Assembly (NCBI RefSeq): GCF_018977255.1
Contig: NW_024704743.1
Span: 66,032,001-66,096,000 of the forward strand
Direction of reading: 5' to 3'
From: Callorhinchus milii
Lineage: Eukaryota
Length of the DNA stretch: 64,000 nucleotides
Under the pieces are notes generated by a model. The model was not told where the DNA came from. It saw only the letters and a list, made by a program, of their open reading frames with translations, and did no database searches. Shown here one piece after another: positions 13,709 to 26,015 of this stretch (positions within the stretch are counted from its first letter, which is position 1; each line of letters opens with the position of its first letter). Position numbers and translations under genes: made by a program.

Positions 13709-14603
13709 TGCCATCCTTTACGCCATGAGAAGCTCACACGCAACACAGTTGACAACAGGAGAGTGTTGGGTGGGAGGTGGAATGTGACCTGTGACCATTC
13801 CACCTGATATTGATATGTTAGGCCTCTGGGTCTTTTTCCAATTTTTCCTTTTTATAGACTTGAAATTCCTCTAGTCTTAGCCTGTCCAATCATTTCACCT
13901 TAAAAATGTTGCACAGAACTGTAATGTAACTGTAACTATATTTTTAAATTAACTCTCAATTTGAAAACCAGTTCTTTTTAAGAACTGCAGAAAACTGGCT
14001 TCCAAATTGAGAATCGATTTAAGAATGTTAAATTTTAAATGTTAAAACAAAATGCTCCTGAAACGAAATAGAATTTTAATTCTGATATATTTATGAATCT
14101 GTACACCTTTGATGTTCAAAAGGAGAAGAAATCCATAAGAAACCAACATTGGCATTATTCAAGTAAAAATGCCCTTCTGAAAAGTTCTGATTGTAGAATT
14201 ATACACAAGATTCAGAAATCAGCAAGCGCACTATACAGAATTACATAAAATGATAGGGCACGGTTAAAGACCATTTAGCCCAAATAGTGTATGCTGATGT
14301 TAATACTCCACATAAGTCGTCACCCCTATTATTCCCCGCTTCTCTACCACTCTATTCCCTTTTCCCTCAGGTATGCATTATGTTTCTTCTTAAATACATT
14401 GGTGCTATTTTCTACATTCTCACCATCTCCTGCGTAAGGAAGTTCCTCCTAAACTCCCTTTTAGATCTTCTACTATCATTTTTATAGTTCTCATTCTGGA
14501 CTCATCTACAAGTGGAAAGACCTTAATAATGTTCACCCGATTGAACAGTGTCAGAAATTGAGCTAAGCTAGTACCAATTGCAGTGCTGTTAGATGCTGAC
14601 CTG

Positions 14604-14799
14604 GGTCTAGATTCCCTCAATCATGTAGCATTTTAGACTGTCCAGAGTTAGACAAATGTTTAAATATAGACTTAATTTTGAAGCTGCTTTTCTGCAAGTT
14701 TCTTTACAAGAACATGCAGTCGGCAGACTTCAAAGATTGAATTCAGCAATTTGTCATACCCTAGACACTAAAATGTTACATAAAGAGTACATCTAGACC
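14604..14799. repeat. Fold-back (imperfect palindromic) MITE-like element
   Basis: GGTCTAGAT...ATCTAGACC termini with ~80-bp imperfect arms. Homologs lie at 16455-16570 and 58023-58245. Confidence 0.7.
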
Positions 14800-14865
14800 T
14801 TTTCTTCTCATCAGATGGAGACGGGCTTAAAAAAAGTGAATCAGAAAAGTCAAGCTTCAGTTATA

Positions 14866-14936
14866 ATAAACAAACAAAGAAACAAACAAAGAAACAAACA
14901 ACAAACAAACAATAAATAAACAAACAAACAAACAAA
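14866..14936. repeat. (AAAC)n microsatellite
   Basis: Direct inspection. Confidence 0.95.
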
Positions 14937-16034
14937 TACTGGGCTAATTGTATTCAGGGTTATGCAAATGTTTTCACTGCTGAAGTTCTCTCTTGCCCAG
15001 CTGCTCTATGAATCACTGCATAAATAGTTCAGTTGATAGTAAAATCAAAGTCCACACTGTCTGAGCAATTTAATTGCATTTCAGTTCATAAATCTAATAT
15101 GTACAACATGATCTTTCTGCCTCCTGCTGTTAGTTGTAAAAGAGGCATTTTCCCCCAAACCAGAAAATTTGGCATTGCTTTATCATTTTTTATTTATTTT
15201 TGCTAGAAATGCGCATCTATTCCAAATGATCTGTTAAAATACAACTTGAGGGCGCCACAAACTTTAAAATAGATTGGTAACATAAACAAATCACAGACAT
15301 CAGCAGTGTCTGTGAAATGCGCTATAAATAAAACATGATAGCTAAAGTGTTGTTTAACATTTAATTTCCTTGATATTAAATGTAATTTTAAGAAACATAT
15401 TTTGGCTGCACAGTTCCTTTTACACAGCGATATTTTTGAGGGTGCATAGAGCCCAAACTATTATAGCCAGTACCTTGGGCCATGTCTGCATTTGCAACCC
15501 GACATGGAAGGGGTTCAAGAATTTCTTCGGTGAGCAAATAAATGCTAAAGTTCTGGCACCGACCTTCCTCAGGCAAGGAGTTATTTTTAGAGGACTCTAT
15601 TACCCAGTTTAGATACACGGCTTGCATCAGCAACTACCATCTCAGCTGTTTCATGCTCAATAACATAGAGGCCAGTTATTATGAAACTGTATAGCAATGT
15701 TCCCATTCATCCATTGCTTATTTAAAAAATATTTAAAATAGAGTAACTGATTTTGAATAATATCAAAACAAATTAGGAGAATATAAAACATCAAAATATC
15801 CTCTTATATTGCAAGTGCTTAAAACCCAATTTAATGTTTTAAGTTTTGGGATTTTTGGACACAATCAATCCTTTTAGATTATTATTGCTGCATCAATGTT
15901 GTTCAGATATCAATATTTGATCATGTTCATTGTAAACTTGGAGAATATGATAGATAATGGAAAAACATTTTTTCCAATTAGGTTAATTTTCAAATCCTAT
16001 GTTGGAGTTTCTAGCATTAGAAATATACAAGATA

Positions 16035-16400
16035 GGACTGGAAGGTACAGTGTATTAAGCCTTTCACTTCTGGGACATGGGTTTGACTGCAGCCGCGACT
16101 GGTGGGATGAAAGTCTCCTCTGTCTGTTGGCTCTAAGGGTACTTTGTTAAATTAGTTGGGCAGCCTCAATCCAGTTGCTTGAGGGTGGGAGCTCACAGGA
16201 CAAAACCACCCTTTATTTAGCACTCACTATGTTGACAATTTTATTTAATGGAAGCCATGATGTGGGCACTGGAAAAAATTATACACATCTGAGGCAGGGG
16301 TGGTCTTCTGGGATTTGTGCAGTATAGAGGTAATTTGCTGTGCCTCTAACTGTGCTGCAATTGACATGGGCGAGTTTGATGGAGATTGATGGAGATTGGT
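16035..16400 (+). mobile_element. LF-SINE-related ancient SINE
   Basis: Collinear blocks AGCCTTTCACTTCTGGGACATGGGTTTGA, GAAAGTC..TCTGTTGGCT, CTCAATCCAGTTGC and ACAAAACCACC..TTAGCACT match the LF-SINE consensus as recalled. Confidence 0.7.
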
Positions 16401-16639
16401 GATAAAATTGAAAAGTGTCCCATTTCCGTCAGGTAGGTCTTACATTCTCATCTTTGGGGGAAAATTTCCACTTGGGTCTACATTTTCACAATTTTCTTTG
16501 TATTTCAGAGCTTGAAGAATTTGGCATTTGTTGAATTCAGTTTTAACTTTGAAGCTGCTTTTCTGTTTCTTTTAAAATATAACTCAGAAAATATAATGTC
16601 AAAACAGTTTGAGTCATTTGCCATTGATGAGGTTCCAAC

Positions 16640-17480
16640 ACAATGGAGCAAGCAAATGTGATTTTATATTCGAGAAAAGTAACAAAACAATAACTGACAG
16701 ACCCATTAGTCTGACCTCAAAAATTGGACAAATGATGATGTGAGTCATCAGAAATATGAATATTTGTATAAAAATAACCTAACAAATGACAGCTAGCATG
16801 GATTCAGAAGGCTGATCAACTTCATCGACTTTTTGGATGATGCGACATCCCAAATGGACTGTTGGAAGCTATATGATGTGCTGTATCTGTACTCCAAAAA
16901 GGTATTTGACAAAATAACACATGAAAAACTCAAGGTAAGGAACGAACATAGATTCAAAATTGCCTAAAGGGAAAGAAGCAGTGAGAAAGGACATCAAGCT
17001 CCAGCACTGTTAAGAGCTCCGAGTTGCTACCCTATGTGAAAAACATTATATAAATACAATTTGTTGTTGTGTTTGATATAATAATAATAATAATAATAAT
17101 AATCCTTGCATTTGATATAGCGCTTTTCACGTCGGGAGGACGTCCCAAAGCGCTTCACAGAACACACTGTAAAGTGAATTGACTGTATATTTGTGGGCGA
17201 ACACGGCAGCCAATTGCGCACAGCAATGTCCCACAAACAGTCGTAGATTGAAAGCCAAGTCAAAATAGGGAGATATTAACTGGGTGCCTCAGGACTGCTC
17301 CTCAATATACAGATACAATATGCATTTACAGATCCAGTGTTGGATAATTCGATTTATAAATGACACAAAATTGGGAGGAACTGTGCAATCTGATCCCCAG
17401 AAGTCACACTCAAGCTATAAAAAATTAAAAAGCTGTTTGGTGCAACAATAATAGGATGGTTTTCTAGAAGAATAAGGTCA
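16640..17480 (+). mobile_element. Decayed CR1 RT fragment interrupted by an L2 tail (~17000-17070) and a SINE
   Basis: Translates to remnants RPISLTS, HGFRR, NFIDFLDD and YDVLYLYSKKVFDKITH. Confidence 0.8.
17078..17252 (-). mobile_element. Young tRNA-Ala SINE, 3' half
   Basis: Nearly identical to 23374-23534. Confidence 0.95.
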
Positions 17481-17529
17481 AATGGAAGCTTATTTTCAGA
17501 TGAATTTTTCTTATGATTGTGTTACACCA

Positions 17530-17925
17530 GGACTTGATCTCGCTCTCCTTGAACTTGCAGGAACACAATTCAGCCGTAGGTTCCCTTCCCCAGTCGTAAC
17601 AAACATATGCTGAGAAGTGCGGGATACAGCACAACTGGGCTTGGTTGTGATTGCTCCCATATGCATAATAGACAGCTAGAACATATTAACAAGCTTCACG
17701 CATGAAGATTAGCCATTTGGTAGAAGGTGGGTGACCAGCAACTGTGGAACTTCCTCACCTTGAGAAAGTGTCTTTGCTCACAAAAACACAGTCACTCCAC
17801 TTCACAGTATGTCACGTGAAGTGCTCTAAGACGTCCTTCTGACATGAAAGGTGCTGTACCAAATGTAAGGATTCTTACTATTATTAGCACCTTGAGGAAG
17901 GGAGGAGCAGAAATTGGAAAAGGAA
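17530..17925 (+). mobile_element. AmnSINE2-like ancient repeat, interrupted by a SINE tail flanked by TSD CACCTTGAG
   Basis: Blocks TCAGCCGTAGGTTCCC, GGGCTTGGTTGTGAT and CACGCATGAAGATTAGCCATTTGG resemble the recalled consensus. A more decayed relative lies at ~36460-36660. Confidence 0.4.
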
Positions 17926-19079
17926 ATTTTACAAAGTAGTGAATTCAAAATGAATATCATTTAAAAGCTGCAAATAACAAATAACAAAGTTGAAACTGCT
18001 GCACCAGGAATTTGATTACAAAATAAATAAATAATCCTTGTATTTCATTTGGTACCAATAATATCAAAACATCTCAAAGGTAATTGCTGTAAACCTGGAG
18101 GTGATAGTGCTCTCACCAACCTTCTGCCTTAGAGGCGAGACTTCCCTCGGATGGTACTATTGTGCTATGGTCATGGGGTTTTGTGGAGGGGGGAACTCCT
18201 AGGCCAAAAAGGACATATTATTAATTGAGTCATTTAGGCCTGAAACAGGGGACAGTGCAGTGGTAGCGATGATGTTATTTACTGATTATGTTTATTGAAC
18301 CAACAATTTACTATTACAATTACAACTATCTTGAAAGTTCACTGCTATTCACTTGCTGTGAAGGCAATGATCTTGACTGGCACTGGTGAAGGAGAGCACC
18401 TAGACATTTGTAGCATAGGAAGCCACTCAGCCTATTGTATCACTTGCCCCTGTTCATACGGAAAGGTTTAGCTACTTGATGCAGTAGGTGGTGGCATAGG
18501 ACTGCCAAGGGGGAGCAAAGTTATTCTAACCACATCTGCTTCCCAAGGATTGTCATACTTGCAGGGTCAGTGAAAACAAAACAGCGGGCTGGGGAATAGT
18601 GTCATGTCCAGTAGCAGCATCTTGGCCAGCAGATGTTGCGTATATTCCTTCTCACTCCACAGGTCCAGCACATCACAGGATATGATGAAATCACAGGAAT
18701 AGTAATATATCCATTAATAGCCAAATGATTCCAAAGTCTGGCATTGCTCTTCATATCCCAGCATTTGGGTTAAATTAGCCATTGCAACATCTAACATCTC
18801 ATAAACAGAAGATGAGGAGGTGCTGTTTCTGGCAATGTTTTCAGAAAGGGAAATTTCTTAAAAAATGTCTTTTCCATTATCTACCAGTGCATCTACCATA
18901 ATTACTTATCCTTGCTTGTTTTCTCAGCCACTTTTTTGGCACTTATACCATTGTGAAATTGAAAGGAAATTGAGTTTCATAACTTGTTTATCACATGTGT
19001 GGCTGAGTTCCTAAACTCTTTCAGTGTATGGATGTGTCGAAGGTTTCACTGCACTGGTGGAATAATAATAATAATGATT

Positions 19080-20283
19080 AGAACAACTAGATAGTAAAAA
19101 TGTACAGTGGTGATATCCAAATGGAGTTTGGATAAGATAAAGGTACCAAAGTAACCAATATCAATGGTAAACTGCAGAAAAACTGAGAACGTCCAGTTAG
19201 GCCAATATACAACAATAAGAGAACTAGATCAAAATGAAGTGCACAAATATCTTGGAGAAGATGAAAGTGATGGAACAGATCATGAAGCATGAGGCAAAAG
19301 TTATTTCTGAATATATAAGAAAAGTATGATTGGTACAGAGTTAAATGCCAGAAATCAATTTTTTGCTATTCATGCAATTGCAATACCAGTGATGATTTAC
19401 AGCTTTCGTATACTCAATTGGATAATCAGAGATCTGAAAGCTATTGATAGAAAACTGTTACAGTGGTGATTATTCACAGCCTATATGACTGAAAGCTGAT
19501 ATCCAAAGTATCTATATGCTATGGAAGGAAGAGACCTGATTGAAATTGAAGCATCGTAGAAATCAGCAACTATAGGATCAGTTGAATACATCAGGACAAA
19601 CTCCAATGACAGTATCAGAATGATAGGAAAACATGAAAACCAGAAAAATTTTGATTGAAAGAACAAGGCCTGGATTTAAACCAAAGCTGTAGCTGATTGA
19701 CTAATGGGGACTGAGAGCTGAAACAGAAGATCTCATAATATCAGCACAAGACCAATCTATTATCATTATTATGAAAATAAGATTTTGAAGCAAAACATTA
19801 ATCCAAAATGGCAAATATTCCAAGAAGCACAAGAAACAGTAGGCTGCATATTGTCAACATAACAAGGGAGCTAAATATAATGGTATGAACATCAACCGGC
19901 AAAAGTGACACCAAAAGTTAATATCACAACAACCTGGGACTCACAAGTGCATACAGATCAAAAAGTAATATTTAATAAACCAGATATAATCATAAAAAAC
20001 AATTAGATTGTACATGTTGCCATTCCAACAGAAGACAACATACAAAACAATGTATGCGAGAAATTCAGGAAGTATGTCGACCTACAAATTAAATGGGGAT
20101 TCATGTGGCAGTATAAGACAAGCATAGTTCCTATAATCATTGGTATAACTGGGACTGTTAAGATAAGATTATTCAGAAATGGCTTGATAACTTACCTGGT
20201 GTACAAAATGTCCACCTCCTGCAGAAAGCAGTTATTTTGGGAAGTTCAAATATACTAAGAAAAGTAACATTCATTCAAGTGTA
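19080..20283 (+). mobile_element. R4/Dong (Rex6-like) clade non-LTR retrotransposon fragment: RT thumb to REL endonuclease, pseudogenised
   Basis: Manual translation gives SGDIQMEFG, KYLG, TELNARN..AI..IAIPV..YSF..LNW...LKAIDRK, ETE.LIISAQDQ, WYEHQP, WD..VHTD, NKPDII, VAIP, EKFRKYVDL, IVPIIIG and LQKAVILGSSNILRKV. Confidence 0.88.
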
Positions 20284-20299
20284 ACATGGCAATGTTATT

Positions 20300-21225
20300 T
20301 GTCCATTGGTCTGGCCGATGTGAGCCGTAGACACAGGATAAACTTCCACATGTATGCAGATGACATACAAATCTACTTTGCCTCCTCCAGTACAAACCCC
20401 AGGTCCACCGACATTCCATCAGCTTGTCTGGCAGACATCAGGGCCTGGATAAGTGTAAACTTCCTGCAGCTGAATGTGGACAAGATGGAAGCCATACTCC
20501 TTTGGTCCCATCAACGCCTTCACTCCTGTGGATCCTCAATGTCCCTGTGCTATCCCTCAGACTCACCGAACCAGTGCGCAATCTAAGCGCCCAGTTCGAC
20601 CCCCAACTGTCCTTCCTCCCCCACATCTGGTGCCTGACCAGGAAACACCTTATTCTACTTCTGCTACATTGTCTGCCTCCAACCATACCTTACCCCAAAT
20701 GCAGCTGAAACCCTCATGCATACGTTTGTCACCTCCCACCTGGAATATTCAAACGCATTCCTTGCCGATCTCCCCAGCTTCACTATTCAAAAAATCCATC
20801 TCATTCAAAATTCTGCCGCCTGCATACTGACCCGAACCAAACTCCATACCCCATCTCACCAGTTCTGGCCAGGCTCCACTGGTTCTCTATCACCGAATGG
20901 ATCGACTTCAAGATCCTCACAATTGTGTTCAAATCCCTTCACTCTCTGGCACCTCCCTACCTCTCCGACCTCCTCACTACCCAATCCACCGCCTGGCATC
21001 TACGTTTGGCTGGCACCAACCTCCAGCTCATCCCTCACACCCTCTGCCCCACCATTGGAGGTTGCGCTTTCAGCCACTATGCCCTGAAACTCTGGAACAC
21101 TCTCCCTCAATCCCTCCGCCTTGCCGCCTCTCCCCTTTTTCAAGTCCCTCCTGAAAACCTTCCTCTTCGACCGTGCTTATGCCCACCTCCCCCCACCAGC
21201 TCAGAGTCAGGCTCCGCCACTGTTA
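20300..21225 (+). mobile_element. L2 subfamily A fragment (YADD to 3'UTR)
   Basis: NFHMYADD, FLQLN and FVTSHLEYSN. The tail is truncated at CCACTGTTAA. Confidence 0.95.
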
Positions 21226-22267
21226 ACAACAACAATGACGACAAAATTACATTTGTATAGCGCCTTTCACTTCGGGAGGATGTTCCAAGGCGCTGGACAG
21301 ACAGAGTTTTCGGACCCGAGCTGGAGATCGGGGTTAGGGAGGGTGAATAGCAGGGGGGGAAGCAGGGAGATTGAAAACACGGTTGAAGAGGAGGGTCTGG
21401 AGGTGGAGGAACTGCGGAATGGAGTTCCAGAGGGTGGGGGCAGAGTGGCAGAAGACCCGCCCACCAATAGTGGGGCGAGCGAGGCGTGGGACGTGAAGCA
21501 GGCCAGAGCCCGCTGAGCGGAGGGACAGTTGAGGGTCAAACAAGACACCAAGGTTCCTGGATTGGCTTAGCAAGATGGAGTGTGCAACCATGGATGGTGA
21601 TGCTGTAAGCACCTGAGGTGAGGAAGCGCTGACAGAGGCCAATCAGGAGAGCCTCAGTCTTGTTGATATTCAACGACGTTGTTGATGATAATAATCCTTG
21701 AGCTTGATTTAGGACCTTATCAAGTCATTGAAATGTCTCAAACAGGATGGTAGGGGGTTAGAAGGTCGGAGAGGGAGAGGGGAGCAAGACCATGGAGGGC
21801 TTTGAAGGTGAGGACCAGGATCTTGAACTGTATTCTCTGTGTGATGGGATGCCAGTGGAGTCAGGTGAGGATGGGGGTGATAGGGTCACGGAGCCTCGTG
21901 CAGGAAAGGATGTGGGCTGCAGAGTTCTGGATGATTTGCAGCCTAAGAATGGAGGAGTTGAGGAGGCCGACAAGCAATGAGTTTGCAAGCCTCGATGTAA
22001 TGAAAGCATGTATGAGGGTTTCGGCGGCATGCGGTGTGAGAAAGTGGCGGAGCTGGGCGATGTTGCAGAGGTTGGGGAAGGCAGAGCGTGTCATGGCACA
22101 GATGTGGGGTAGAAATGACAGTTGAGGGTCAAACAAGACACCAAGGTTCCTGGATTGGCTTAGCAAGATGGAGTGTGCAACCATGGATGGTGATGCTGTA
22201 AGCACCTGAGGTGAGGAAGCGCTGACAGAGGCCAATCAGGAGAGCCTCAGTCTTGTTGATATTCAAC
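21226..22267 (-). mobile_element. L2 subfamily B fragment carrying a 220-bp templated insertion
   Basis: ORFs 21861-22235 and 21334-21642 contain RNLGVLFD, HAFITSRL and QNSAA. The tail is at 21226-21300. Confidence 0.94.
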
Positions 22268-22270
22268 GAC

Positions 22271-22460
22271 GTTGTTGATGATAATAATCCTTGAGCTTGA
22301 TTTAGGACCTTATCAAGTCATTGAAATGTCTCAAACTGCTTCACAGAGTACAGTATATTGTAAAGTGGATTGATTGCCTGTGTATTTTGTGGGCAAAATG
22401 CAGCAGCCAATTGTGCACCACAGTGTCCCACAAACAGTCATGGATTGAATGACCAATTTT
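22271..22460 (-). mobile_element. SINE 3' half
   Basis: GCAGCCAATTGTGCACCACAGTGTCCCACAAACAG block plus tail. Confidence 0.88.
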
Positions 22461-22809
22461 TAAAAACAATTACTTAATAATTATTAATTTTAATAATTAA
22501 TACCTATATTAAGTACATTAATTGGTCAATTTAAACCAAAAACTGCACAGTTATTTCAGAGTCCTATAAATAATGAATTAAAATAGTTTCCAGAAGCACA
22601 TAATATACCACTGTATATATTACATTTCATTTCAATAGTCTCAAATACCTACAATGCCTTCCCTCTACCCTGGGACACTGGGCTTTGTGTTGAATAGGCT
22701 TAAATGTAAGTCTGTAATTGGATCTATTCAGGTGTGCACATTCTTATTTAGTTCAAAATGACTTGTACAGTTTCAGGCAAAGATATATTAAAATGCATGT
22801 ACATTTGCA

Positions 22810-23147
22810 TGTCAGCTTTGTTCAGTTGGTAGCACTCCAGCCCTGAGTCACAAGGTTGTGGGCTCCTGCCCCACATCAGGACTTTGAAGGAATCATCCAG
22901 GCACATAGTCCAGTCCATATAGTCTTAAACAGTGGGAGGGTGGGGCTGCATTTTCAGAGATGCTATCCTTTGGATGGAATGCCAACAAGATCATATTTGC
23001 TTGTTCAGGTGGACGTTAAAAATCCGATGGCACTGTTCAAAGACTTCCTTCTCTGTTGAAGTAGTGGCATGAGATCTTTAAGGTCCTCCCGACATAAAGG
23101 GGCTATACCAAATGTAAACATCATTATTATTATTATTATCATTATTA
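22810..23147 (+). mobile_element. DeuSINE (SacSINE-like) copy with internal deletion
   Basis: tRNA-like head TCAGTTGGTAGCACTC..CTGAGTCA and Deu core GTTCAGGTGGACGTTAAAAATCCGATGGCACT. Confidence 0.85.
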
Positions 23148-23371
23148 TAGTAGAACATAGCATATTTTGGCTAATTTGTCTGAACCGTAAATCAGCAATG
23201 GTGTTGAAGAAGTCTAAAACTACAGAAATTACAAAACAAACTAATTGTGATTTGAAGTCTATCTGTTACTGAAGCCCATTAAAGTTAAACAGCTGATTTC
23301 GTTATGCCACAAAATAGCATACAGAGATTGTAAAAGTGGTTGTGTTATTTGCTGCTTGAAGTTCCAACATA

Positions 23372-23691
23372 TTATAATAATAATAATCCTTGCATTTGAT
23401 ATAGCGCTTTTCACGTCGGGAGGACGTCCCAAAGCGCTTCACAGAACACACTGTAAAGTGAATTGACTATACTTGTGGGCGAACGCGGCAGCCAATTGCG
23501 CACAGCAATGTCCCACAAACAGTCGTAGATTGAAAATGACCAATTTTATTATTGTTTTTGGTTTTGGAGGGATTATTATTAGGTGTGTGGAGTAAGGAAA
23601 CTTGCCCAAGGTTTCGCCCTCTGCTTGGAATTGAACCCAGGTGTCTCACTTGCAAAGCGAGTGCTCTAACCACTGAGCTACAGGACTCCAC
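23372..23691 (-). mobile_element. Full-length young tRNA-Ala-derived SINE with TSD CAACATA
   Basis: A box TAGCTCAGTGG, anticodon loop TTTGCAA, B box GGTTCAATTCC, L2-type tail. CAACATA occurs on both flanks. Confidence 0.95.
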
Positions 23692-24004
23692 AACATAAAC
23701 GCCACTATATTTATGGTAGAAGTTTGGGCCATACCATAGGTATTAACACCTCCCTGGCATTTCTAACCACCCTAGTTCTGCCCATCATCAGCTCTAGCTC
23801 ATCCAGATCTCTACAGTCCATGTCATCTCCACACCAGGTTCTATATGTTTATGACCCTCATCTCATGAGGCTCTACTGGCTCCTCGTTTCCCCATAACTT
23901 CAAAATCCTTGATCTGACCTGATCCCTATCTCAGCAATCTCCAGCAGCCCTCTTCTAGCGATCAGACACTACTTCTCAAACATTGATCAACTGGTTATTC
24001 CTTA

Positions 24005-24230
24005 AACAAAACGCAAAATACTGCAGATGCTGGAAATCTGAAATAAAAACAGAAGTCGCTGGGAACGCTCAGCAGGTCAGGCACCATCTATGGAGAAAGG
24101 AAAGTGAGTCAATGTTACTGGTCCACGACCCTGTGATCTGACGAAAGGTTGTGGAGCTGAAATGTTGATTCATTTTCCTTTCTCCATAGATGCTGCCTGA
24201 CCTGCTGAGTGTTCCCAGCAACTTCTGTTT
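24005..24230. mobile_element. Penelope-like inverted terminal-repeat element with hammerhead-like core and 13-bp TSD
   Basis: ~70-bp inverted arms; CTGACGA..GAAAT at 24138-24163; TGGTTATTCCTTA at both 23992-24004 and 24231-24243. It is nested in a decayed L2 (~23800-24450). Confidence 0.85.
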
Positions 24231-25674
24231 TGGTTATTCCTTACACTGTCTGTGGCTGAACTTAAAGTCACTTTGCCACTGGTTTTAGAAACTGCCCCCC
24301 CTTTTAAAAGCTTTCTATCTCTTTGACTGTGCCTCCAGTCCACTCTCTCCTCCCCCCTCTCCACCCTCTTTGCTTGGTGTCCAGCACTGTCTCTGTAAAG
24401 CTTTTCGAGACGTTACTCTATATGAAAGAACTTGTATCAATGCTACATGTTGTAATCTACTTGTTACATTTAGCACTTCATCACTAATATATAATTTGAT
24501 CTCCTCCTAGGAAGTAAACATGGACTAGGGTTATCGTGTTACACTCAGTGTTAATACCAAAAGAACCTAATTGCTATAAAAATAAAGATATGACAGTATT
24601 AACACACAGCAGGCTTCCTGAGCTGCTATTCAATTAACACAGAAAATCTTGTCATTTCTAACTATGTAATTGACCTTCAGAATCATTTGATAAATGACTG
24701 GTTCCACTGATCAGCAGTACATTAAGAGGGGTCTAAATCTAAATAAGTAGTTTTCAACAAAATTGAATTCTGCCTAAAACCAGACATATTTTGTAGCTAA
24801 CTCACCGTGATGGAAACATAAACCTTTTCAGCAGAGAAGGAAGCCATTGAGCAGTTGAGTCTGTGCCACTTTTACCTGTATTGTTATATCACACCACTCT
24901 ATTTTATTAATCCCATTTTACAACTGTTTCCCCATGTCTCTTATGTCTTTTTCTACTCAGTAACTGTCCTACTAGTTACTGATACGATATCTCATTAGTG
25001 TCTCTGAATCTCTGTTAGTGAATCCCTGGTAAGAATCACTACTTTTTAGACTTCGATTTTTTTATGAATGAAAATTATTTTCTTACCCTCTTCAAAAAAG
25101 TTCAAAATTAATATAAGATGAATACATGGCCACTGTCAAGATATCAAACCACAGACCAGTTTATTTTTCTATTTGTTGCTGTCAAGCATGTATTGGTGTG
25201 ATCTGTTAGTCCAGTCATGCATTTAACCTGTTTACAAAAAGTACAGAGTGTTTGTCACATAACACAATTTTGTAACAATCATTTTGACTGTAATAAATAC
25301 AGGTATATATTAAGATCAATTTTGGACTTTATGTTATATTAAAGTTCAAATTAATATTGTTTGGAAAACTATTGCAGCAACCCGAGCGCAGAATTTGTGT
25401 AGGACACAAGTAGCTGTGGTGTAAACATATATGCAAGTGGTGTTAACCTTCCACGAATGCACAGTGTAAAACTTATTTAATGGGAGTGAACGCCATAGGT
25501 TGGAAAAATTCCAAACCACTTAACCAAAATATTCATTTATCAGCTATAATTTGAGAGTAAGTGTATTAAATGCAACGTCTTGTTAAATTACATTTATAAC
25601 TTTACTAACACAAAGGCACATAAGCACTTATACATGGCAAAGAAATGCTTTTTGAGATAAATTAGACTTACACT

Positions 25675-26015
25675 CCTTGCATTTGATATAGCATATTTGA
25701 CTTCAGGAGGATGTCTCAAAGCACTTCCCGGACTTACTGTAAAGTGTGTGACTGTGTATTTTATAGGTGAAATCTATAGCCAATTAGTGCACAGCAATGT
25801 CCCACAAACATTCAGGAAGTAAATGAGCACATTTATCTGGGTGACTCTTGGCCAGGATTTCCTTTTATTTTCCAATAGTGCCGTGGAATCTTTAACATCC
25901 ACCTGAACCGGCAAAAAGGAACTGAGTTTAAACATCTAAAGATTAGTTCCTCTGATGATGTTGTGCTCCCCAGCACTGTGCTGGAATGTTAGTCTAGACT
26001 GTGAGTTTGAAACCT
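25675..26015 (-). mobile_element. DeuSINE copy
   Basis: AATAGTGCCGTGGAATCTTTAACATCCACCTGAAC (reverse-complement Deu core) plus tail. Another decayed copy lies at ~26510-26735. Confidence 0.85.

Noticed and set aside
16511..16631. Exon following tttgtatttcAG
   Set aside because: It lies within the fold-back repeat half-copy and runs into a CR1 fragment.
24806..24823. Micro-exon (VYVSIT) on the minus strand
   Set aside because: The apparent acceptor lies in a decayed CR1 3' tail.
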